From Calcarisporiella thermophila CBS 279.70 (taxonomy: Eukaryota; Fungi; Calcarisporiellomycota): a stretch of 64,000 bases of DNA. A program made the position numbers and the translations under genes. The stretch's first letter is position 1, and every line of letters begins with the position of its first letter. Positions 34,108 to 47,107 of the stretch are shown in pieces. A model generated the notes under the pieces. That model ran no database searches. It was not told the DNA's origin and worked only from the letters and a program-made list of their open reading frames with translations. The DNA is taken from positions 1,506,087 to 1,570,086 of the forward strand of contig NW_027192191.1 of the NCBI RefSeq assembly GCF_041956535.1, given 5' to 3'.

Positions 34108-35487
34108 ATGAATCGATTCCAAAGATTCAATGTATCTCTTCTTATCTTGTGCATTTTTGGATTCCTTACATTGATCTCCTCTTTTCCTTCTCCTCGGATC
34201 TTCAATTCACTTCTCCCCTCCACTCAACTCATTTTTTCGACCCCCTCTCCTTCTTCACACAAACGTTTCCGCCTTAAACATCTATACGAACACAAGCCTA
34301 ATGGAGAAGGAGAGACTTTCTTACGCCGCCTAGATGTTCACTCAGCAGTTTCCTTCTATGCTAACAATGAACCTCCTGCTCATGCGATCAAAATTAAAAC
34401 CGGGAGCGTCCGTCGCCCTAAGAATCGTCATGCCTTCAGAGATGTACGCACAACCTCTCACTTCAAGCGGATCCTTGCTCAAACCGAGTATACTCGAGAT
34501 GAATTTGCCGTTCTGCCTGATCCAAGCGACCGCAATACTATCCTTGAGATTGCAAAGATGACATTCAATGCCTACAATAATCATGACGAACCCATTTTGG
34601 CTAGAAATGACAAGTGGTATGATTTGGGAGATAGATGGCGACTCAATTCTAGCTTTGGATGGGGTTCTGACGGCGTTCGGGGACATGTGTTCGGAGATGA
34701 GAATGCGTCCACTCTCTTTATTGCCATCAAGGGAACCTCTGCAAGCTTTCTAGGCGGCGGTGATACCAGCGCTAGAGACAAGCTTAATGTGAGTAGCATC
34801 GACCATGAATTAGGCTCCCTGCAATACTAAACCCTGTATAAATCATTTAAACTATAGGACAACCTTTTGTTCTCATGCTGTTGCGGTCGAGTGGACACGA
34901 CCTGGCATCCGGTTTGTGATTGCTACAAGGACTCGTACACTTGCGACGAGAACTGCCTCGAGACTAGCCTTGACAACAAGGAACTCTACTATGCTGCAGC
35001 AATGCACATCTTCTTTGACGTCGTAGACAAATACCCGGATGCAGATATCTGGCTCACCGGCCATTCTCTAGGTGGATCGTTGGCGGCCCTCTTAGGCCTC
35101 ACTTTTGGGCTTCCCACCATCACCTTTGAAACCCCTGGCGACAAACTGGCTGCTCAACGGCTTCACCTACCAATGCCTCCTGCAATCAATGGAAGTGACG
35201 TCCCTATCTGGCACTTTGGGCACACGGCCGATCCTGTATTCATGGGTGTCTGCACAGGCCCGACCAGCAGTTGTTACTATGGGGGGTATGCGATGGAAAG
35301 CAAGTGTCACACAGGAAAGGTATGCGTTTACGACGTAGTGGCCGATCTAGGTTGGCGGCTCGACATCCGGAGCCATAGAATTGCGGATGTCATTGAGCGG
35401 GTGTTGAAGAAATACGACAAGGTTCCGACTTGTGTTGAAGATACTGAATGTGAGGACTGTGGAATGTGGAAATTCCCTGAGTATTAA
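34108..35487 (+). CDS. ATG15: Atg15 vacuolar autophagy lipase (2 exons)
   Basis: N-terminal TM helix; FGWGSDGVRGHVF, IAIKGTS, DKLN/DNLLFSCCC, IWLTGHSLGG (GxSxG), WHFGHTADPVFMGVC, ESKCHTG. Confidence 0.96.
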
Positions 35488-35756
35488 GGTGTAAAGTTGT
35501 GAATATTTTTTTCTTGTATAATATTTTCATTAGATTTCTATACGTTTATATATACATATACACTATTCCTATTTGATTATGATCCCACTTTCAGATTGTC
35601 ATATTGGCTGTAGTTGTTTCTTCCCCTATTCAAACCACAATAGTGAAGAATAGAAGATTGTATTTTATTGAATCTCCGTAGGGTAAAATTGCCTTTCCAG
35701 TTTTAGTTAGATGCCATCTGGTTCTTCTTTTCTATCACAATGATATAGCAAAATCC

Positions 35757-36654
35757 ATGGATCACACAATACTCTTTCCCAACAAGATGCGAAAGTGGAA
35801 ACCCGATGAGACATCGGATCTCATCCGTGGTTGCCATAAGGTACTCACGCTCACTCTTTCACAATGCTAGTTTTTATACACTTACTTCATTTTGATTAGC
35901 ACGGAGTTGGCGCGTGGAAAAAAATAATGGATGATCCAGAGCTGCACTTCTGCAATCGCTCCTCCGTTGATCTCAAAGACAAGTGAGTAAGATGGCACTT
36001 ACTTTGCTTGACTCAGTGCTTACTTTTCTCTCTTTCAGATTTCGGACCCTCTACCCGAATGAATATAAACGACTCTATCCCGGGAAGGGTATCATTGGAT
36101 GCACGGATGAAAACTTCCGGAGAGTTGGACAAAAAGTGCGACATGTCTACACAATAGAGGAAGACAGGGCATTGGAGAGAGGAGTTGAAAAGGTATTCCA
36201 GATTACTAGACTATACCTTTTATTTTTAATCAAACCGGTTATTGTTAGTACGGCCCATGCTGGGCTAAGATTGCGAAAGATCCAGTGCTGGGTTTATCCC
36301 ACCGGCGGGGAATACACTTGCGAGATAGGTGCGGAAGCCTCTCTTGCCTTCTTATGACTGTGCTATAACCCATACTAATTCACTGGCATGTGCTCTAGGT
36401 ATAGGACACGATTTCCCAAAAAATATAGCTCTTTTGGCTATTCGACGACTGGCCCTCGGCGCTTGCGAGCAGACGCATGGAGCAACGAGGAGAATGACTC
36501 GTCGGCCAAGAGACAACAGACAGAAATAGAGGAGAGCTCGTCCTACATCTCCCCGGAGGAGGAGTTTCAACGATTTCAGAACGAGCTCTCAAACAACGAG
36601 GTCTGGATACCGGGTGATAATGACCCTGCGATGAAGGGGCACTATATTCAATAG
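35757..36654 (+). CDS. Tandem telobox Myb-domain protein (Tay1/Teb1-like), multi-exon
   Basis: Myb1 RKWKPDETSDLIRGCHKHGVGAWKKI...RSSVDLKDKFRT; Myb2 YTIEEDRALERGVEKYGPCWAKIAKDP...HLRDRYRTRFP. Confidence 0.85.
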
Positions 36655-37069
36655 TTGAATGCTTGCATATCTTTATTGTATAATAATATTGTTGTCAATA
36701 AATTTATTGGTTTTTTGTTTCCGGCAATTAATCTGGTTGTTCGGGCTTTCTCGCATTTTCCTAAAATAATGTGATGTCAGGTAACGCGAAAAAACACGAA
36801 TTGCTTTAGCGAATCTACGTTCTCTCTAGCAATAATATTTGCTTCTTCCATCACTTCTATTATTTTTTTTTTTTTTTCGTTGAAGGAGAAAAAAAATACA
36901 CAACACTTTGTCTCATTTTTTGAATCGTTAACAACTCTTTGTTAGCACTACTTTCTTATCTTCACACACAATCTGATTGCATTTTTCAAATATTCCATTG
37001 CACACTTTTTTATAATTTTAGTCTTTCAACTATTTGGCGTGTTCTTGACACGAATATTTTGGCACCTTG

Positions 37070-40000
37070 ATGACAATACAACCAGAGGTAACAGCCTAAA
37101 TTATTTTTTTTTCTGCTGGTTATCTATAAAAATTGATTTATAACTATCACATGTGCCTCTTTCGGTACTGATGCTTCCATAGACAACTCGACTGTTGGAT
37201 AATTTGGGCTTTGTCCACGAGAGTAATGATTTGGTCGTTGGGGAAGAACAGACAATACAACGCGAAGAGAAAGCAGTGAAAAAGCGCTGGCTTAACTTCT
37301 CCGCCCTCTCCACACAATGGCCCTCGGATTTGGAAACAATCCACGGTCTAAATGAGAATCCGAATGAACCAGTTTCTTCGGAGTTGTTTTGGTGTAATTC
37401 GCTAGCAGCAAGAGGTAGGCGCACTTAAAGTCACCCCCTTTGAGGGAAAGTAGAGCTTATTTTTCTTTTTGTGAAGACCATGATAATTTCATGGGAACAG
37501 ATAAAATACTAGGACATATATGTATTTCACTGCTACGAAATTCACAGGAGAACGAATACATGGCGCTTGTACGAACGAATATCGTAAGTGCTCTATTTCC
37601 TCGGTGTAGCTGTGCTTTTTATTTTATTTCATTTGCTCTTAATGACTTTTTCTTTTTTCATTCACTTAGAAACTCGCTGTCATCAAACTCCTTCGTTCTG
37701 ATATAACCTCTAATGCCAATATCCTGGGGGCCCAGTGTCGCAATCTATCGGCCGAATCGCGTACAATCCTCGCTGCAGTGCTCAAGAAGTATCTCGAGCT
37801 AGTGCACGACGATATTTTATCCTCTCCATCGTGCGAAGCCCCGCCAGCGATTGACGATAATCGTATACTGAGCATTCTTCTGCAACTCGAGGAGAAACGG
37901 CAAGATAGTGTAAGGCTTTTATTAAAGAACATGGAGTTTCCGCGTATTAGAAGATATCAGCACTTGGATATTGTGGTGGATGAACGAGAGCGCAATGATG
38001 AAGAGCAGCATAGGCTAGAGAAATTTTTGGCCATTTTTGGAGCCAAATTGGATGGATCTCAAGCAGGAAGCAGTGGGCGAGATGAGTTGGTTCAGGGTCA
38101 AAGTGGCTTTCGCCGAGAGTTTATTTTCAACGACAAGAAACGGTCGCGCCATATACGGGAGTTTATCGAAACAGAGAGCACGTTTGTTCGAACAATGCAA
38201 ATGCTAGTGGATGTATTTGTGAAGCCACTTCGTAGTGCGGCCAAAGACCGAAATAGTGCAATTTTGCGGTTGTACGAATGCAATGTAATCTTCATTAATA
38301 TTGAACAGATTCTTGCTGCGAACCGGTCCTTTCTCGATGACTTGGAGGGGCTAAGGGGATCCTTTGATGGATTTGGGAGAATTTGCGCCAAACATGTAGG
38401 CTATCTCTTTTGCTTTTTGTAGGATTGGCCTAGTGCATTTAACCCAAACAACTATTATTTTCTCTCAGATGGCCAACTTTGAGTGCTATTCAAAGTTCTT
38501 ACAAGGCCGTGAAGACTCTCGTACTTGCCATTTGCGCGAGCAGAAAACAAATAGTGTTTACAAGGCATTCTTGCAGGTAACGGCTAAGCAATGGTAAAAA
38601 ACAGTGTGGGACACTGCTAACATATCTTTTATTTTTCGTTTGCCCATGGATAGAAAGCAAGGGATAATCCTGAAGTGCGTCGGATGGCTCTTCAGGATCT
38701 ACTAGTACAGCCTGTGCAGAGAATCGGGCTCTACACGTTAATGTTTGAGAGTAAATAGTTTTATTTTATTTTATTTTTTGGTGCTAGCGAATTCTGACTT
38801 TGCGCTGAAGATATTCTGAAGCATACCCCTGATGACCACGAGGACTACCAGTTCCTAGTAGAGGCTCGTTCAAAAGCAAGCAGCATTGCACTCATGGCTG
38901 ATGACTACAATACGAGATTAGCGCAAACATTCTTCAACATGCATAATGCAATTGCAGACTGTCCGGTGAGCTTTCAAACGATCAGCATTATCCATCGCTT
39001 CCCAAAAGGCTAAATACTCTTTATTATCTGTTAGGCGTCCCTGATTAACCAGCGGCGTTCTCTCGTCCGTCATCTTGATGCAACTGAGGTTGATATCACG
39101 AGTGCAAAGCCAATTCGTCCCGTCACACTGTTCCTCTTCACTGACCGCCTGATGATCGTCCGCCGTATCCCAAACGTGACGAATGGACTCGATGCGTGCG
39201 GCATTGAGAATCATCAAAATGGATATAATAGCAAGGGCGCGATACCAGGCACTCCTGGTACACCATCGAATGGTGGAAGCAGTGGCGGAGGAAATGGGCC
39301 AAAATCAAAACGGGAACGCAGGACATCACAAAGCTCTGGGGAAAAGCCCCTTAAATTCAAAGGATGGCTCGGTCTAACCGAGGTGGATGTTCTAGACGCC
39401 GATACCAACGTAAATCCGGGGGGATTCTTTATTCGCTCTGTGAGTGTCGAGCTTCAACAGCAAAGGACACCTGGATCGAGAGGAGAAGATGCCACCATGG
39501 GCGGGAAGCGCATGGTGTCCGACTCCTACTTCGCAAAGCAACATTTGCGAGCATTTATAGCCTGCGAAAGTCGAGAAAAAGACAAATTCTTGAGACAATT
39601 CGCGCGAACACGTGCCTTGCTCAAGGCACGGGACGAGGAGAGTGTTGTACGCTATCGACAACTGGGAGGCCTTGATGTTTACGCAAACATATATAGGGCA
39701 GATCGGTATAGCGAGGCATTGAAAAGAGTATGCATTTCGTTTTGGCATTGATATTGCACACAGACTTTGAAATCTAACTCGATTTTTCTCCTCAGAATCA
39801 CGTCGCTTTATGGTTTTCTGAGGATTCTACCAACCTCTCGAGATGCATACCTGATACGCCAACCGACCCGCGTATACTTGGGGTGGTGTGTCCCCAGGAG
39901 GAGGGATACTCTCTGATATTCAGAAGCAGAGAATGGATAGGGCACTCCCCGCCCCCTGGTTTCCAATCTACACCTTACCTGAAAGTCCCGGTCCAGGATC

Positions 40001-41301
40001 TTGAGAGAAAGTTGTTCAGTCGCGTGATACGGGATGAGTTTGCGCTTCGTAGTCATATTCCTCTGTATCGACGCCTCTATGAGCGCGAAAACGAGCTTAT
40101 GCTAGCGACCATAGTCCGTACGCGACCTCGACTCATCAAATCGGCAAGTGATATACTCACTCGGCCCTCCAGCCTTAAGAATCTTTCACGGCTACTTTCA
40201 CCCAGTGGAAGTGGAATCGGCAGCGTAGGAGCGGGACCGCAGAGCCCCTCAAGATCGGCCTCCACTCTTAGTAGCAGCATTGGTCTGCAATCCGTCGTGA
40301 GCAGCTCCGAGTCAGCAAGTACCTTCACGACGATTGACAGCGGCTTTTCAAGTATAAGCAGTTTAGTAATGGCTTCGGGGATCGGATCAGGAGGCCAGGC
40401 CTCCACGGGGGTGGTTCACAGGATGGGCGGGTCGGCGGTGCCGCATAAACAGGAAGCGCAAAGCGACCCGGCCAGTAGACCATTGCCAAGGTTGCCCGAA
40501 CGGCAACACTCGCGATCTGCATCGAGTCTGTCATCAGACGAAGATGAAGCAGGGGGAGAAGAGGAAAATCAAGCCCTTAAATCCGATCCAGACGATATTT
40601 TTGCTCCCTCGCTTTCCAAACAAAGGAGTAACTTGAGCTTTGACGAGTCGGGAGCCGATTCCGAAAGGGGCACACGGCCAGCAGCATCGTCAAGTAGCCA
40701 CGCTTCCAATGCTGCCGAGTCAAGAATAGATGGTGGCGGCGATAAAGGGGTCGAGGACCACGATAGAGAACCCATCAAGATGACGGAGGCCGGCATGGAG
40801 GCGAGAAGACTAATAGGGCAACTGCGCGCAATTCTTCCTGCCGATACTCATCATCTCTCTCTTCTTTCACAGCTTAACACCACGGTTGATCTCCTGGTAT
40901 CCACCTTCTCTTCCAAGACTGAGTTGGCTTCGCGTGAAATTGATATCCTGCGGCGGGAGGCTCGCCTGCGGGAACAGGCACTCCGCGCCGCAGAAATGAA
41001 GTACGAAGAGATATCGGAGGAAATTGATATGGTATATGAAAGGTGCAACGAGGAGCTTGATACGATCTGTCAGACGATAGAGGCAGGGGACCAGGATGGG
41101 ATCTCAAAGATGATAAAGGAAGCTGTGAAGGAGAGAAATCAGTGGCGAGATAAAGCCGAGTAAGTTGACATTCTACCTCTTTATTGTGAAGTGGACCTGG
41201 AACACTGAATTAACGCTTCTTGATGTCGGTTGAATAGGCAACTACAGCGCGAGTTGAATGTGCTGCAGAAGTTGAGAAAGAACGAGTCAATAACCAAGTG
41301 A
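37070..41301 (+). CDS. Rho guanine nucleotide exchange factor (DH/PH) with C-terminal coiled coil, Gef2-like, multi-exon
   Basis: KRSRHIREFIETESTFVRTMQMLVDVFVKPLR, IFINIEQIL, LQDLLVQPVQRIGLYTLMF, ILKHTPDDHED, VTLFLFTDRLMIVRR, YERCNEELD. Confidence 0.9.
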
Positions 41302-42692
41302 ATTCCCACATTTTTTTTAAATACTATTTATATTTTCATATCCGCAAGAATGAGTTATTGATTTATTTTTCTTGTCTCTCTCCTTTAATTATATCCCTTG
41401 AACTTCTCCTTTTTTTCTGTAGACCTTTTTGAGCTTTTCCTCCTTTATTTTTTATCTTTTACCTTTACAGCACGATAAGTAATAAAATCGTACATATCCG
41501 AATTCTGCCTTATTTACACCACCATTTTTCTCAGCTACAGCATATATATATGCCTGGAAATCATGTTGAATGTCTTTAATTTTTATGAAAAGGTAAAGTG
41601 GTAAGCACGGCAACTTGTTTGATACATGAACAGTATTTATGAGAGTTAACTTGCCTCACAGTGTTATAATAATCTGCTTAATTTTTATCCCAGTTCTAAG
41701 GTCCAAACAACATACCTCATGCAAATATTAGGAATCACTTAATCAGCCGAGAGCAACTTTATCACTTTCAGTACACTACAAATTTTGCATCAATTTTCTC
41801 TAGACGCCCCCGTCTTACTGGATGAATGGAAACATATTTGATTTGGATGATTATCCAAAATAGTGCTATGCAACCGTATACGAAACTAGTCTTGCTTCAA
41901 TACAGGTATTAATTCCTTTATTATTGTATAGGTTCTACTCAAACACTTAAAGGGATATATTTGTTATAACAGAATGATGAAAGAAAGGGCTTTCAACATA
42001 GCCGATTACGGACCAAGAGTGAGATGCTCGAACGTATCCCATGATTTGCCAAACAAACTAAGACTTATCTTTGCCACACCCATTGCTGACGACCGCCCGG
42101 GTTTGTGCCATAGATCTTAGTTGTGAGACAACCGCTCAATACTATGGTCCCGATTCTGAGAGACTTTAAAATTGACTATGGAAGAAGAAAAATTTGATTG
42201 CATGATGGCCTAAGAGTTCATTTGAAAAGAAAAAAAAAATTCTATACGAGTTTTGTCACGAAGGATATAAAGAATATTTTGGTAACTGCAAAAATATGAG
42301 ATTTCAAGCTTGAGCATACTGGATTTAGATATTGGGGAGTCAACGTTTCAGAAATATCTGCAACTATTAATATGTCTTCAAAAATTTGATAACCAGAGTA
42401 ATAATTCTCGAATACTACAAGCGACTGTGAATTTATTGCACTAAAAATGAGAGGTCTAAAATAGATATTCGCAGAGCTATTAGCTCTCAAAAGTTTTTGA
42501 TACAGTATAATACTGAAGATTTATATCTAAATGGTTTGACCAATCAATTTTCACAATTCTTATTTCTACTACTAATTCTCTTATTTCGGTTCTATGATTT
42601 ATACGCTTTATTTTGTGTTTTGCTTTTTGCTCTAATTCCTTTACATTGAGAGGCGTATTGAAAAAGACAGAGCGGTAGGGGGAGTAGCCCGA

Positions 42693-44504
42693 ATGTTGTC
42701 AACATGTTCCCAAGTCAAAAGCGACGACCCTCCCCCATACTCTGAGTGCGATGAAAGCAATGTCAGTAGTATTGATCAGGTAAATAGGAGAGTTCAAAAG
42801 TTGAAAATAGTGCTATATTGAAATGCGATCTTTTAGAAAATAACTCAACTAGAGGGATTGATAGCACACATGCATTATTATATTGTAAGCAATATTAAGT
42901 TGCAAGTGTCAGCGCTTCAGAACTCCCTCAACACATTAAATCGTCGTCAAAGCGGCATTAATCATGCTGTGAAGGAGAGCGGAAATGAGAGCTCTTTGAT
43001 GAAACAGGTGCAAGGGAACGATGCGGAATTAGAAAGTAATAGCAGAGAGCAAGTAATAGCAGAGACTGATACCGGGCTCCCTTCCCCCCGCTGCCTGCAT
43101 TTATCCTCGACCTTCAATCCAGTAGATCTCTCGGCTACTAGAGCTTCTAGAGCAAACTGTGAGCATGAAGAGGAAGCAGCGATAGATCGCATTTGCGACA
43201 AGCTCACTACCATGATATCATCCTGTAGTGATGCTCTTATTTCCTCTTCACCCACCCCTCCCCCCCAACACAGTTCAGAGTTCTCACAAGATTCATTCGC
43301 TGAACGAGTTCAGGAGATGAGAAACCGTGTTGTTGGCTCATTTCAGCGCGTCAACTCTAGTATCCGAAGTCTAGATTTATTGTCTCGGGATCTCGCGGGA
43401 CCAACGGAGGAAGAAGTGCGGCAGCAAATTATAGAGGCTATGAAGACAAGTTTATTTGATGGCGTGAGCCTCCAAGAGATAGGTGGTAATGGGGAAGCCA
43501 GCTCCCCACCACTGATATTACCCAATGGCTCAGCACAAAACGTTAGTTTGAGTTCTATGCACCATTCGACTGACTCTACATCTCCGCAAGATACCGACGA
43601 GGATGATATACCTGTGAGAAATGTAGGATGCTCAATCGGTCATGCTTCTTATATGACGATCGCTTGGCTCTTAGGAAGACCTGTATTTTCCAGTGGGATT
43701 GTGCGAACCATGCATAGAAAATTGGGAAGGGGTTTACTCGCGTGCCACGCGAGTAAATCGAATGGCAAGGGAATGAGAATAGAAGAGACAGAAAACATAC
43801 TCGGGCATCGAACCCACCAGTTGTCCTTAGCACAGGAAGTTAATGATATCCGGATTCCATTCCTTGCGACTGTAGTAGGTGAGACAGATAAAGAACCAGA
43901 TGCTATTAGAAATGATAAAGGGGATGGATCCAGCAATCTGCCTAACAATACTACCCGTAATCCGAAACAGCTTTCAATTTCTACCAAGTGTCCTACTCAT
44001 CCAAAACGGCACTTTTCACCCAACGCTCTCTCCTCATACTCCACTGGGGATCTCTCCGATACACCCTCAGAAGTTTCCCTAATCACTCCACCGATTCCCT
44101 CCACCCCTACTGCTCGCCCTTTGTATCATCAATATCCGCGTTACCCCCATCGGTATTCCCCACGTATACGCCATGCTCGCTCGACTTCTCGCCTCAGGCG
44201 AAGGCTGGTTATTTCGCCTGCTGGCGATGAGGAAAGCCTTGTGGGGAAACGCACATTTGCATCTGGGACCCACAAGCGTGCCTTATCGAGACAACGGGCT
44301 GGAAGCTCAGCGAACTATCTTCAGATGGAATGTGAGAATTGCTCCAGACAACGCTGCTATTCCCCCTCGCCAAAGCCAGATATTGGCGAAAATGATGGTG
44401 GCTATGGGTGTGCATCACCAGCGGCTGCTGAAGGTAAAGGTGGTTGGATCATATCTCATTTTAATAGGAGAAGTCTAAAGATTCGTAGACGTTCATCAAT
44501 ATAA
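42693..44504 (+). CDS. Hypothetical protein with N-terminal PPxY motif, short coiled coils and disordered tail (2 exons)
   Basis: Exon 1 (42693-42779, MLSTCSQVKSDDPPPYSECDESNVSSIDQ) splices in phase 0 to 42837 and joins the 548-codon ORF. Confidence 0.72.
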
Positions 44505-44557
44505 TACAATATAATATAATATAATTTTATTCTGTTTTGTTTTGTTTTGTTTTGTTT
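44501..44557. repeat. (ATAAT)n and (TTTTG)n microsatellites in 3' UTR
   Basis: ataatacaatataatataatataat...gttttgttttgttttgttttgttt. Confidence 0.8.
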
Positions 44558-45052
44558 GCTTTACTTTGTTCTGCCTTGTTTTATTTTAGTCTTTTGTATT
44601 GTGTTTATGATATCTTTTACCTTTAGGTTTATGATTAATATTTATGATTGATTTTATGCTTAATTCATACTCTCACTTCCTATTGACTCTATCTCCACAT
44701 TTAGTTTCATGTTATTCTATCCTACTTTACACCTATACCTCTATATGACCTTTATTTCAACTGTTCTCGCTTGTTTTTTAAGCTATTTTTTAAGTCCAAT
44801 CATATTTTTCTCAATCAACTTAATGTTGGTGTAGAATGATTCCAATATTTGCATAGAATTTTCTAAGTGGGTATTGTGGCAAGAAAATATTATTTCTTAT
44901 TCTAGGAAGGAGAATGATGAGGAGAGGAGGATGAATTAGAAATATATAGAAATAAGGACAATAAAATCATAGGACCAATATATGTTTGAAAACAATATCA
45001 TCAACATGCTTCATGGCTCAACCGAGGAGTAATGTACAATTCATATTGGTAT

Positions 45053-46609
45053 TTAAGAGAAGGAAAGGTCGAATTGGAGGCCGGGGTTGAGGAACCACCA
45101 TTGCTGCTGCATTCTATCTATCCAGCTGGATACAATACGCAGCCGTTCCAGAGGGGAGGTCACTGGCATGAGTTGGTATTTTTCGAGCTCCGATATTGGC
45201 ATGATGGCCCCGCACCAAAACGAAAGGCTGGCTGGATTATCCGCCGGCACCGGCCCATACTGCAACTCGAGTCGCTGGGCCAGTGAGGCAGGAATCACCT
45301 GGAAATATCTGCGTACAAATCGGAGGAGTTTTTCAACTTGCTCGCTGGCTTCATTTATATTGGCACTCGGCTTCGTGAATTCCGGATCATCTTCCACGGG
45401 CACAACGGTGGCCGTGTCATATCCGTCGGTGACGGCGCGCTCCACGACCCGAAATCGTCCTTCGGCAGTGGCGCGGAGCAGCGCTCGCCCGTCTGGGAAT
45501 ATCTGCACGTTATCGATACGCAGCATTGTGCCATAGTCGACATACCCGGTATCTTGGTCTCGTAGTATAAAGCCGAAGCCGATCTTAGCCGCCAAACACC
45601 GCCGCAGCATCAATCGATAACGCGGTTCAAATATATGTATAAAACATGCGTGTCCTGGAAACACGACCGAGTAAACAAGAAGCGGAACTTGGTCAGTCCG
45701 TAGCTCCGCTTCCAGTTGCGTGCGTCTTTCATGGATCTGCTTTGGAAAGAATGCTTCAATTAGCGACTTGAGGACATGGTTCGTCGGCTGGGAATGAAAG
45801 GATCCATAAAGTGGGAGAGAAAATCGACAAACAGGGCAATTAGTTCCATAGTCGAGCACACGCAGGAGGCACCATCTGCAAAAGGTGTGGCCACAGGTTA
45901 GCGTGATGGGTTCGTTGAGGAGCTGGTTACAGAGTTGGCATTCGAGCTCATGTAATAACTGGGCGAGAAAACTGTCCAACGAGCCGTCGATGGAAGGCAT
46001 TAGCAAGTTGAGAGACATGGCATGAGAGCCTAACCCCGGCGAGGAGATCGGGGAAAGACTAGACGAGAGTTCCGTGGCAATTGAGATTGGAGATGACGAT
46101 ACGTCATTGTGGAAATTCCTTCCGTGCATCGTATTCTCGCCTCCCTGAGCCTCAGTTCCGCTGTCATAGTCAGTATGAAAATCAGGCTCGGTATCGCTGC
46201 TATCTTCCCCCTCCCCGAAGTACTCGTCAGAATCCGATACTAAACTCTCCCAAGTATCCGGGCTCCTCTCCCGGGGCATGTCTCCGATTCTCCCTTTATG
46301 CCCCGGGATTCTTGTAGAAATTGGGCGGGCCAAGGACCGAGCCCATGGAACTATCAGGTCAACCATCTTTGACAATGTGATATCTACTCTGGTCTCCACC
46401 TGTACCGGTTTTCTGCAATCGTCTCCTAAAGGACACCTCCTCCACCCGCTGAGGGCCGCCTCCGAGGACTTCCAAACACCCTCTAGACAAGAGCCGCACA
46501 CACTGATACCACACGCCAGCGTTACTGGCTGCTGGAGCCAGTTGGCGCAGAGGGGACAGGCAAGGTGGTGTGCGAAGGACTCTATTATGAACTGTTCGTT
46601 AAGCACCAT
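45053..46609 (-). CDS. LON peptidase N-terminal domain and RING finger protein (LONRF-like E3), intronless
   Basis: Two RING motifs (CPLC...TLACGISVCGSC; CQLC...TLTCGHTFCRWC...CPVCR) and a LON substrate-binding domain (FP...IHIFEPRYRLMLRRC, YGTMLRI, PDGR...RFRV). Confidence 0.93.
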   Translation of the reverse strand: MVLNEQFIIESFAHHLACPLCANWLQQPVTLACGISVCGSCLEGVWKSSEAALSGWRRCPLGDDCRKPVQVETRVDITLSKMVDLIVPWARSLARPISTRIPGHKGRIGDMPRERSPDTWESLVSDSDEYFGEGEDSSDTEPDFHTDYDSGTEAQGGENTMHGRNFHNDVSSSPISIATELSSSLSPISSPGLGSHAMSLNLLMPSIDGSLDSFLAQLLHELECQLCNQLLNEPITLTCGHTFCRWCLLRVLDYGTNCPVCRFSLPLYGSFHSQPTNHVLKSLIEAFFPKQIHERRTQLEAELRTDQVPLLVYSVVFPGHACFIHIFEPRYRLMLRRCLAAKIGFGFILRDQDTGYVDYGTMLRIDNVQIFPDGRALLRATAEGRFRVVERAVTDGYDTATVVPVEDDPEFTKPSANINEASEQVEKLLRFVRRYFQVIPASLAQRLELQYGPVPADNPASLSFWCGAIMPISELEKYQLMPVTSPLERLRIVSSWIDRMQQQWWFLNPGLQFDLSFS

Positions 46610-47107
46610 GTACAGGCATTATCTGTTCTGTGGTTAGGTTGAGAGATAATAGAAATGACTCGGATAATGTATAATGAGGGGGCTAGCAGATATGAGCAGG
46701 TGCGAAACTGGTGAATCGATGCTAACGATGGAGATTTTATATTCAGAAGGTACTTTAAATCTCGATTCCTTTAGATCGGCTCGATGATTATTTGTTCCGA
46801 AGCAGCTCGCCCCACCTCAACTGCCACAAAGGCCGGACTCACCGCCAAATTTTACCCAAATTAAGAATAAGACTGAAGTTCTAGGTCGGCCCAGAGTTGG
46901 ATCAATTGGCATTGGGCGGCCAAATTTTTGGGAGTATATCGCCTGATCCCGATTCCACAGTGGCCCAATTTGGCATTAAGTATTTCGTTTTTCAGTTTGG
47001 TTCTCACATTGCCAATCCTGGCCAACTGAGCCATTCATGTATATATTTATATTTGTATATGTCATTTTATAGATTTACAAAAAAAAAACAAACATACAAT
47101 AGGGATC

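Noticed and set aside
41973-42089. Possible C/D-box snoRNA (ATGATGA ... CTGA) and a short 25S-like word ACGGACCAAG
   Set aside because: No terminal stem or antisense guide that I can match to rRNA; the rRNA-like word is in the sense orientation and too short.
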